DNA of 64,000 nucleotides from Thioalkalivibrio paradoxus. GTDB lineage: Bacteria > Pseudomonadota > Gammaproteobacteria > Ectothiorhodospirales > Ectothiorhodospiraceae. Positions 56,519-64,000 of this stretch are shown piece by piece (within the stretch, counting starts at the first letter, position 1; every line of letters begins with the position of its first letter). The position numbers were made by a program, and so were the translations under genes. The DNA lies in contig JAABSC010000010.1 of NCBI GenBank assembly GCA_011390565.1, positions 3,107 through 67,106 of the forward strand, given 5' to 3'. The notes under the pieces were generated by a model. That model did no database searches, was not told the origin of the DNA, and saw only the letters and a list, made by a program, of their open reading frames with translations.

Positions 56519-59341
56519 CTATTGTTCCGCGGATTGACCTCGTGTCCCCGCCCGGGACGGGTCGGCCACCGGAACCCCGGGCACGAGGAAACGGGATTCG
56601 AAGGTCTCGACCGGCAACGGCTTGCTGAAGAGGTAACCCTGCATCTCGTCGCAGCCCAGCAGGCGCAGAAGTCGCGACTGCTCCTCCGTTTCGACGCCCT
56701 CCGCCACCACGTTGAGATTGAGCGCATGCGCCAGGGTGATGATGGTCGTCACCAGCGCCTGTCCCTGGGAGGAGTGCGTCATCGCCCGGACGAACGATAG
56801 ATCGATCTTCAGCGTGTCGACCGGCAGCTTCGCCAGGTAACTGAGCGACGAGAAGCCGGTGCCAAAGTCGTCGATTGCGATCGTCACGCCCATGGCCCGT
56901 ACCGCCCGCAGGGTGGCGATGGTCTGTTCCACGTCCGCCATGATCAGGCTCTCGGTGAGTTCCAGCTCAAGGCCTGCCGCAGCGCGAACATCGACGCTGA
57001 GCGCTTCCTCGAGCTCGGCGATGAACCCGATGCTGCGCAGTTGCAGCGCCGATACGTTCACCGCGACGCGTACCGCAGGCAGGCCCGAGTCGCACCAGCG
57101 CAGGTGATCCGCAATCGCCTTGTTCAGCGCCCAGCGTCCCGCCGCGAGGATGAGCCCGGTCTCCTCCAGAAGCGGGATGAACCGGTTCGGCGGCACCTGC
57201 CCGGTACGCGGATCGTTCCAGCGGATCAGCGCCTCGACACCCACGAGCGTGCCGTTCGTGAAGCTCACTTTGGGCTGGTAGTGCAGCACAAACTCCTCAC
57301 GGTCGATCGCCTGGCGCAACTGGCTCTCCAGGATCAGTTTGCCGGCCACGGCTTCGGTCATCTTCCGCGAATAGAACAGGTAGCGGTCGCCACCGGTCTT
57401 GGCATTCTTGAGCGCCGCCTCGGCGTTTCGGAACAGGACCTCGGCTTCCTTGCCGTCCTCGGGAAACAGCGCGATGCCGGCCTTGGCGGCGACACGATAG
57501 ACGTTTTCCTGCAGTTGGAACGATTGGTTATCGAAGACTGCCACCAGCCTCTCGAGCCGCAGCGTCATGTCCTCCTTGGTCCGTATTTCGGGCAGCACGA
57601 CCGCGAACTGGTCCGCCCCCACCCGCGCGAGCAGACGGGCGTCCCCGGTGAAGTGGGTGAGTCGCTCGGCCACGTGCCGCAATAACGCGTCGCCGGCCCG
57701 GCGGCCGAAGCTGTCATTGAAGTTCTTGAAATGCTCGAGGTCCATCAGAAAGATCGCGAGCGAATGCCCGGCGGTTTCGGCGACCTTCATGTGCTGCATC
57801 ACGCGCTCGATGAACAGGGTTCGGTTCGCCAGCCCGGTGAGCGGATCGTAGTACGCGAGTGCGTCGAGCTGGTCCCGCTTGCCGATATGGTCGATCGCGA
57901 ACGCGATGTCGTCGGCCAGTTCGTGCAGAAGCTTCAGTTCCCCCTCGTCGAAGAAGTCGGTTTCACGCGCATACAGGCCGAGCACGCCGACCACCGCATC
58001 GTCGATGATCAACGGCAGGCTGACGAGCGAGCGGATTCCCTGCTCGAGATGAGCACGCTTGTCGAGGATCCGCGAGTCGTTGGCGACGTCGTTGACCACG
58101 ACAGCCGTGCGTTCGCGCACCGCGACTGCGGAGGGCTCGTAACCGTTCGGCGCGTCGTCCTGAAGCGTCATGCGCGCTTTGACATCGACGAGAAGCTGTT
58201 CGGTCCCCGCCGAGGCAGCCGGCTCAAGCTTCATGGAAGTGAGATCGGCAAGGCCGATCCACGCCAGGCGGAATCCGCCGGCCTCGACGGCGATGCGGCA
58301 GGCTTCCTTGAACAGCTGGTCGCGGTTGCGCGCGCGTACAATCAGGCCGTTGACCTGGCTTAACACCGCGTTTACCCGGTTCAGGCGCAGGATATGGAGT
58401 TCGGCGCGTTTGCGCGCGGTGATGTCGGTGGCGACTCCGGCGATACGAACGATGCGGCCGGTGGCGTCGCGCACCGGGAAGTTGCGGGACTCGATCCAGC
58501 GGATCGACCCATCCGGGCGCAGAATTCGGTATTCCAGTTCGAACGTGCCCGTCCGCAACCCGTCCTGCGTGTTCTTCAGCGTCGTGGCACGGTCCTCGGG
58601 GTACAGGGTGTTGGCCCACGAGTCCGGATCGGCGTACAGGCTCTCGCAGCTGCGGCCCCAGATCTCCGCGTAGGCGGGGCTCACGTACAGGATGCGGCCT
58701 TTGCTGTCGCGCAGAAAGAACACGTCGCGGATGTTCTCGGCCATCTCGCGGAAGCGCGCCTCGCTGATGCGCAGGGTCTCTTCTGCACGCCTTTTTTCCG
58801 AGATGTCGATGTGCATCACGACCGCGCCGTTCACGCGCTCGCCGGCTAACGGCGCGACGCTCATCAGGAACCAGCGTTTCTCGGTCGGGGCGTTGCAGGG
58901 GTATTCGAGCATGAACTGCTTCTTCTCGCCCGCGAGCACCGCGCGGATGCCGGCGGCGGCCTCGTGTGCTTCGGCAGAGTCCTTTCCACGCGCCCGGTCG
59001 CAAACCGCGAGGTAGTCGACGCCGACTTCATAGCCCGGGGGCTGTCCGGCATTGTCGTCGCCGAAATGGCGCCACGCCTCGTTCACGGAAACAATGACGC
59101 CCTGGGCGTCGAGCAGGACAATGTGAGCCGGAAGCGCGTTGAGCACGGCGGCCTGCTTCGTCACCTCGATGTGGCGCAGCCGCTCCTGTGCGCTGAGGAG
59201 CAGGAAGGGCCTGCCGTCGGCGTCGCTCACCGAGTCCACCTCGCCCTTGGTGAGCCACTCCAGGCGCTGCCCGGTCTCGTGCAGCGTGGCAATGAGCGCG
59301 GAGATTTCCTCTTGCGCAGTCCCTTTCGTGGAACGCTTCAT
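56519..59341 (-). CDS. PAS-PAS-GAF-GGDEF(degenerate)-EAL protein, probable c-di-GMP phosphodiesterase
   Basis: YDPLTGLANR, GADQF at the GGDEF position, VEALIRW, DDFGTGFSSL, LKID, AEGVE, MQGYLFSKP. Confidence 0.93.
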   Translation of the reverse strand: MKRSTKGTAQEEISALIATLHETGQRLEWLTKGEVDSVSDADGRPFLLLSAQERLRHIEVTKQAAVLNALPAHIVLLDAQGVIVSVNEAWRHFGDDNAGQPPGYEVGVDYLAVCDRARGKDSAEAHEAAAGIRAVLAGEKKQFMLEYPCNAPTEKRWFLMSVAPLAGERVNGAVVMHIDISEKRRAEETLRISEARFREMAENIRDVFFLRDSKGRILYVSPAYAEIWGRSCESLYADPDSWANTLYPEDRATTLKNTQDGLRTGTFELEYRILRPDGSIRWIESRNFPVRDATGRIVRIAGVATDITARKRAELHILRLNRVNAVLSQVNGLIVRARNRDQLFKEACRIAVEAGGFRLAWIGLADLTSMKLEPAASAGTEQLLVDVKARMTLQDDAPNGYEPSAVAVRERTAVVVNDVANDSRILDKRAHLEQGIRSLVSLPLIIDDAVVGVLGLYARETDFFDEGELKLLHELADDIAFAIDHIGKRDQLDALAYYDPLTGLANRTLFIERVMQHMKVAETAGHSLAIFLMDLEHFKNFNDSFGRRAGDALLRHVAERLTHFTGDARLLARVGADQFAVVLPEIRTKEDMTLRLERLVAVFDNQSFQLQENVYRVAAKAGIALFPEDGKEAEVLFRNAEAALKNAKTGGDRYLFYSRKMTEAVAGKLILESQLRQAIDREEFVLHYQPKVSFTNGTLVGVEALIRWNDPRTGQVPPNRFIPLLEETGLILAAGRWALNKAIADHLRWCDSGLPAVRVAVNVSALQLRSIGFIAELEEALSVDVRAAAGLELELTESLIMADVEQTIATLRAVRAMGVTIAIDDFGTGFSSLSYLAKLPVDTLKIDLSFVRAMTHSSQGQALVTTIITLAHALNLNVVAEGVETEEQSRLLRLLGCDEMQGYLFSKPLPVETFESRFLVPGVPVADPSRAGTRGQSAEQ

Positions 59342-59631
59342 TCGGGCTCGCCGGGCAGTCCGAGAGCCTGTATCAGCAGCACCCTCTCGCTCAGGGATCC
59401 CACGATCCGCACGGGAGCCGGCAGCGGGCCGAGTTTGATCAATGTCGGCGTCATGAAAATACCATCGGCCAGCGCCCGCTGAGGCTCGCGGAATACGTCC
59501 ACAACCTCGATCGTATGTCGACCCTCCAGATATTCCCGACAGAGCGCGCCGAGGTTGGACGTAGCCCGCGCCGAGTTCGACGCGTGACCGGCCACATAGA
59601 GCCGGAAAGTGAATTTTTCGCGCTCCATCAC
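59338..59631 (-). CDS. kaiB: KaiB-family protein
   Basis: FRLYVAG.ASNS, IEVVDV..EP..A, TPTLIK, VRIVGSLS. Confidence 0.92.
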   Translation of the reverse strand: MMEREKFTFRLYVAGHASNSARATSNLGALCREYLEGRHTIEVVDVFREPQRALADGIFMTPTLIKLGPLPAPVRIVGSLSERVLLIQALGLPGEPE

Positions 59632-61412
59632 GGCTTGTCCTGTTTCTTTCTGGCTCCGCCGGGATCGGCGCCGCGCAACTCGTCCAGGCGCGAGTGCTTG
59701 GTCACGAGACTGCTTTTGCGCTCGACGTTCGTCCGCGCAAGCAGCGCTTTCTCGACCCTCTTGGCCTCGAGTTCCACGCCCAGCGCCCTCAGCTGCACCT
59801 CAAGCTCTGCCACCTCGGCTTCGATTTTTACGCGCTTGAGTTTTTCCGCAGCGTCTGCCATACCTGCCGCCGCATGCTCGCCGCTTTCCTTCTGCCAGCG
59901 CAGCGTACCCATGAGCACCTGTCCTCCCAGGCTGTAGGTGTCTGCAAGAGTCACGCCCTCGTCGCTGAGGATCAGTTCGCGCACCTGGTTTGAGTGATCC
60001 GTACCGCGTGACTTGATGATCGACAGCCCGCGGTTGCGTTCTCCCGCCTGCACCACGTCGCTCAGATGGATCGAGGTATCGGCGAGCGTGGAAATCTGCC
60101 GTGCGGTGCTGCCTTCGGGGGGAGTGGAGGTCTCGTTGAGCAGACTGCTGCACAGCAGCGTGATGCCCTCGGCCTTCGACCAGTTGATGAGCCGCTCGGC
60201 CACGCTGTTGGCGCTCATCGAGTCCCCGGGATTGTGCCAGGCCGACACCGGGTCGATCACCAGGCAGCGTGCCTTGTGCTCCTTCGCGAGCGCCAGGATA
60301 TTCGCGAAGTAGATCTCCGCATTCCCGTTGGTGATGCGCACGGACGCCATGCGCAGCTGCCCGCTCTTAACGTAGCGCGCGAGGCGAATCCCGACCGAGG
60401 CGAGGTTGCGGATGACCTCGTTGGCATCGGAATCGAAGGTCGCGAACAGCGTGCGCTCGCGGCGCTTGCACGCGGCTTGTGCGAAGGCGCCGCACAACGT
60501 GGTCTTGGCGGTACCTGGAGAGCCCTCGATCATTATGGTCGCGCCGCGGTAGTACCCACCGTCCAACATGGTATCGAGTCGCTGCACACCGCTGGAGACG
60601 CGCTCGTCGCTGATTTCGAGCGAGCCGCGCTCGAGCGGCCGTGCGACTTCGACCTCGAATCCACGTCTGCCGATGATGAACGGCGACTCGTTCTCGTCGA
60701 AGCTCGTTCCCCGGTACTTCTGAACCCGCAGGCTGCGCTGCGACACGCCCAGCACCACCTTGTGGTTCAGCGTCACCCCACAGTCCACCATGAACTGCAT
60801 GAACGCGAGGGGCTCGCGGCCGATGGCGGAAATCTCGTCGCCGGCCGCCTTTGCGGTGATGATTGCGGTCAGCTCGCGCGCGAGCAGCCAGTCGTGCAGT
60901 CGATAGATCTCCGTGCGCCTGGCGGTCGGGTCGGCGAGCAGTGCAAGCAGGACATCGAGGGCGTCGAAGACGATGCGCCGCGCTCCGGTCGACTCGATCA
61001 GTGCCTGCAATGCGGCCAGCATGCCCCCGAGATCGAAGTCACCCGACTGGATCAGATCGGCCGCCGGCTGCGCATCAACGAAAGAGAGCTTTCCTTCCAG
61101 CTCGGGGAGATTCCAGCCGAAGCTTTCCACGTTCGCGCGAATGCGCTTCGAGTGCTCTTCGAAGGCAACGAAAATGCCGGGTTCCTTCATTTCGCGCAGG
61201 CCGTGCACGAGGAACTCGAGCGCGAAGAGGGTCTTGCCCGAGCCCGGTCCGCCCAGCAGCAACGTGGTGCGTCCGCGCGGGAGCCCCCCCCGAGTGATGT
61301 GATCGAAGCCGACGATGCCGGTCGGCGCCTTTCGGGGCGAGCCGCTTACGGACGTGTCGGTATCGGGTTTGCGGGAAGCGTTCACGCGGTCTGGTCCCCC
61401 ACTGTTGAGCAT
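59628..61412 (-). CDS. kaiC: KaiC-family double-domain ATPase/autokinase
   Basis: PTGIVGFDHITRGGLP, GPGSGKT, KYRGT, GSPGTAKT, ISTLADT, KSRGTDHSNQVRE; start at ATG 61412. Confidence 0.93.
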   Translation of the reverse strand: MLNSGGPDRVNASRKPDTDTSVSGSPRKAPTGIVGFDHITRGGLPRGRTTLLLGGPGSGKTLFALEFLVHGLREMKEPGIFVAFEEHSKRIRANVESFGWNLPELEGKLSFVDAQPAADLIQSGDFDLGGMLAALQALIESTGARRIVFDALDVLLALLADPTARRTEIYRLHDWLLARELTAIITAKAAGDEISAIGREPLAFMQFMVDCGVTLNHKVVLGVSQRSLRVQKYRGTSFDENESPFIIGRRGFEVEVARPLERGSLEISDERVSSGVQRLDTMLDGGYYRGATIMIEGSPGTAKTTLCGAFAQAACKRRERTLFATFDSDANEVIRNLASVGIRLARYVKSGQLRMASVRITNGNAEIYFANILALAKEHKARCLVIDPVSAWHNPGDSMSANSVAERLINWSKAEGITLLCSSLLNETSTPPEGSTARQISTLADTSIHLSDVVQAGERNRGLSIIKSRGTDHSNQVRELILSDEGVTLADTYSLGGQVLMGTLRWQKESGEHAAAGMADAAEKLKRVKIEAEVAELEVQLRALGVELEAKRVEKALLARTNVERKSSLVTKHSRLDELRGADPGGARKKQDKP

Positions 61413-61796
61413 GGATTCCCCGACCAATTATTTCGTGTGAGCGCGATTCCGTATGTGCGGTAAGCAACGTATGACAGCGCGCCTCCCAGCACGTCGACCC
61501 TGCGCGGGACGGCGGGGCAGGGGTGGGCCCTGCTTTCGCGGGCGCGCGCCCGTCGCTTGGGAATGGTCGGGCACACGATGGGCTGAATGTGTCGGAGAAA
61601 CGGTGGCTTGTGTTCGGTAGCGCACGGAAATGCTTTCTCCCGATTCATATCCTTTTCCAACGACAACTCGAATCTCGGGAAGCTTTCGCGACTCATCGCA
61701 AGGGACGCAAGCATGAGCTGCTGAAGTCGGTGGGTTCGACTGCAGGAGTAGTCGAAACGATATGTCATCACCACACACTACTTTGTCGAGGGCGCT

Positions 61797-63470
61797 ATGT
61801 TGATAGCCAGACTTTGTATTCTTTCCGGGGCGCTGATGTTGAGCACGAGCGCGATCGCCCAGCAGAATCTGCCGGACGCGGGGGGTCAGCTTCAGCAGAT
61901 CAGACCGGGTCCGTCCATCGAGCCCCCGCCCCCGGAGTTCCGTTTTCAAGAACGCAGTTCCCCCGAAGCGCCTGCCCCGAGCGACGTGCGACTGCTCGTC
62001 AACTCGCTGCATGTGACCGGTCATACCTTGTTCACCGAAGACGAACTGCTCGCAGCCACGGAGTTTGTTCCGGGACGGGAGCTGTCGCTTGCCGATCTTC
62101 AGGTCCTGGCGGCGAGAATTTCTGCCTACTATCAGGAACGCGGCTTTTTCGTTGCTCAGGCCTACATTCCCGCCCAGGAAATCGTGGACGGCGCCGTCAC
62201 GATCGCCGTACTCGAAGGCCATTTCGGCGATATCACACTGCGCAACGAATCGGGTCTTTCCGACCGACGCGTGCGGACCATTCTCGATGGGCTGGAGAGC
62301 GGCGACACGATCGCCCTGCAGCCTCTCGAAAGGCGGCTACTGCTTCTGTCGGATGTTCCCGGCGTGGTCGTGAGTTCCACCCTGGCGCCCGGAGCGGCGG
62401 TGGGCGAATCCGATCTGATCGTCTCCGTGACGCCGGGGCGCCGCGTGACCGGCAGTGTCGAAGCGGATAACGCCGGAAGCTATTACACCGGTCAGAACCG
62501 TATCGGCGGCACGGTCAATTTCAACAATGTGACCGGCAACGGCGACGTCGCATCCCTGCGTGGATTGACGTCGGGTTCGGGAATGCAATATGGACGCGCC
62601 ACGTATCAGATCCCCCTGGGAAAGGGGAATGTCGGCATTTCCTACACCGCGTTGGACTACGAACTCGGCAAGGAACTCAGTGTTCTGGATGCCCACGGCA
62701 CGGCGCGAATCGTCGGCCTTTATGGCAGCTATCCCCTGATCCGTTCGCGCAACACCAATCTCTACCTGCTGGGGGGATACGACGACAAGCGGTTTGATGA
62801 TCGCGTCGATGCGACGTCGACGATTACGGAAAGGAAGGTTCGGGTCGGAAGCCTGGGTGTCGCCGGCAACCACCGGGACCAACTGGGTGCCGGTGGTTGG
62901 ACCAGCTACTCCGTCATTGGGTATTCCGGTGACGTCGACATCATTACGCCGGAGGCGCTGGCGTTCGATCAGCAGACGGCCCGGACCGACGGTGGTTTTT
63001 CAAAAATCCAATATGAACTGGCGCGCACGCAGAGTCTGACGGAAACGGTCTCTTTTCTCGCTTCGATCAACGGACAGTTTGCCTCGGGCAATCTGGACAG
63101 CTCCGAGAAAATCGGCATGGGCGGCCCGTATGCAGTGCGCGGATACCCGGTGGGCGAAGGCTTTATGGACGAGGCGCACATCGTTCACCTCGAATTGCGC
63201 AAGCGTCTGAGGTTTTTCGATACGAGCCCTGGCCAGTTGCATGTGTTGGGTTTTTATGATTACGGAAGGGGCACCATCAACAAGGACCCCTGGACCGACG
63301 AAGACAATCACAGGAATTTGCGCGGCGCGGGCGCAGGGCTCATCTGGGAGGATTACGGCAACTACAGGTTGAGTGTCACGTACGCGGAGCGACTCGGTAG
63401 CGAGCCGGTGACCTCGATTCCGGATAACCCCTCCGGTCAATGGTGGTTGCACGCCATCAAATATTTCTGA
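61797..63470 (+). CDS. ShlB/FhaC/HecB-family outer-membrane transporter (TpsB)
   Basis: Signal peptide, POTRA (ARISAYYQERGFFVAQAYIPAQEI), VRGYP loop, C-terminal aromatic residue (KYF). Confidence 0.93.
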   Translation: MLIARLCILSGALMLSTSAIAQQNLPDAGGQLQQIRPGPSIEPPPPEFRFQERSSPEAPAPSDVRLLVNSLHVTGHTLFTEDELLAATEFVPGRELSLADLQVLAARISAYYQERGFFVAQAYIPAQEIVDGAVTIAVLEGHFGDITLRNESGLSDRRVRTILDGLESGDTIALQPLERRLLLLSDVPGVVVSSTLAPGAAVGESDLIVSVTPGRRVTGSVEADNAGSYYTGQNRIGGTVNFNNVTGNGDVASLRGLTSGSGMQYGRATYQIPLGKGNVGISYTALDYELGKELSVLDAHGTARIVGLYGSYPLIRSRNTNLYLLGGYDDKRFDDRVDATSTITERKVRVGSLGVAGNHRDQLGAGGWTSYSVIGYSGDVDIITPEALAFDQQTARTDGGFSKIQYELARTQSLTETVSFLASINGQFASGNLDSSEKIGMGGPYAVRGYPVGEGFMDEAHIVHLELRKRLRFFDTSPGQLHVLGFYDYGRGTINKDPWTDEDNHRNLRGAGAGLIWEDYGNYRLSVTYAERLGSEPVTSIPDNPSGQWWLHAIKYF

Positions 63471-63531
63471 ACCGGGTGAGTGATAGCAGCATGGCGATTG
63501 AAAACATGACAACGATGCGTGGAGTGACAAC

Positions 63532-64000
63532 ATGAACCGCAAATATCTGTGTGTCCCGAGCAGCCGCGGTCGCCGGTTACCGCCCATGTGGACGAAAATC
63601 GAGAAAAGCGGTGTCAGGCGATCGGTCGGCGCAGAAGTCCCGACCTGGCGATTGCGCTATATCGTTCAGGCGATGACCCTCGCTTTGTTCGCGACCCTGG
63701 GTTCAACTGCCCAGGCTCAGCCTCAGGGCGGGGTTGTTTCGGCGGGTACCGCGACGATCAACGATAGCATTGCGGGCCAGATGACCATCACCCAGGACAC
63801 CGCCAGAACGGCGATCAACTGGAACAGCTTCAGCATCGGCTCGGGTAACTCGGTCGAATTCATCCAACCGGGCAGCAGCTCGATCGCATTGAACCGCGTT
63901 ACGGGATCCAACCCTTCGGAGATCATGGGCAGCCTGTCGGCCAACGGCCAGGTCTTTCTGCTGAATCCCAACGGTGTGCTGTTCGGCACGGACGCCCAGG
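63532..64000 (+). CDS. Filamentous haemagglutinin-like TpsA exoprotein (3' truncated by window)
   Basis: Open frame from ATG 63532 to the window end, translated by hand: long signal peptide ending AQA, then INWNSFSIG, LNRVTG, ANGQVFLLNPNGVLFG (TPS domain). Confidence 0.92.
   Translation, partial: MNRKYLCVPSSRGRRLPPMWTKIEKSGVRRSVGAEVPTWRLRYIVQAMTLALFATLGSTAQAQPQGGVVSAGTATINDSIAGQMTITQDTARTAINWNSFSIGSGNSVEFIQPGSSSIALNRVTGSNPSEIMGSLSANGQVFLLNPNGVLFGTDAQ

Noticed and set aside
61690-61730. c-di-GMP-I riboswitch suggested by GGGACGCAAGC upstream of tpsB
   Set aside because: It lacks the upstream GCAAAC/GNRA P2 element and the downstream P3 receptor pattern; an Rfam search would be decisive

Overview
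High-GC gammaproteobacterial chromosome segment; gene content and order suggest a Chromatiales/Ectothiorhodospiraceae-like organism, but this is inference only. Positions 1 to ~53.2 kb are mostly core genes: minCDE, mtgA, ubiG, queF, smc-zipA-ligA, trpS-scpA-scpB, rluB, prfB (programmed +1 frameshift)-lysS, an EF-G paralogue, ygfZ/sdhCDAB-sdhE, pgm, fdxA, mutS, cinA-recA-recX-alaS-lysC-csrA and tRNA-Ser(GCT). Three families of short palindromic intergenic repeats are scattered through this part. Right of tRNA-Ser lies a structured tRNA-derived repeat and an accessory-looking block: a Pat-type acyl-CoA ligase/GNAT fusion, a translationally coupled kaiC-kaiB-(PAS-PAS-GAF-GGDEF*-EAL) operon, and a divergent two-partner secretion pair (TpsB plus a TpsA that runs off the window). 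No kaiA is present in the window. The best candidate for an under-described system is this Kai/c-di-GMP phosphodiesterase module. Its KaiC keeps the CII Ser-Thr phosphosite pair, has lost the CII catalytic glutamate pair, and carries a C-terminal coiled-coil. Starts were chosen by eye, and no database searches were run.
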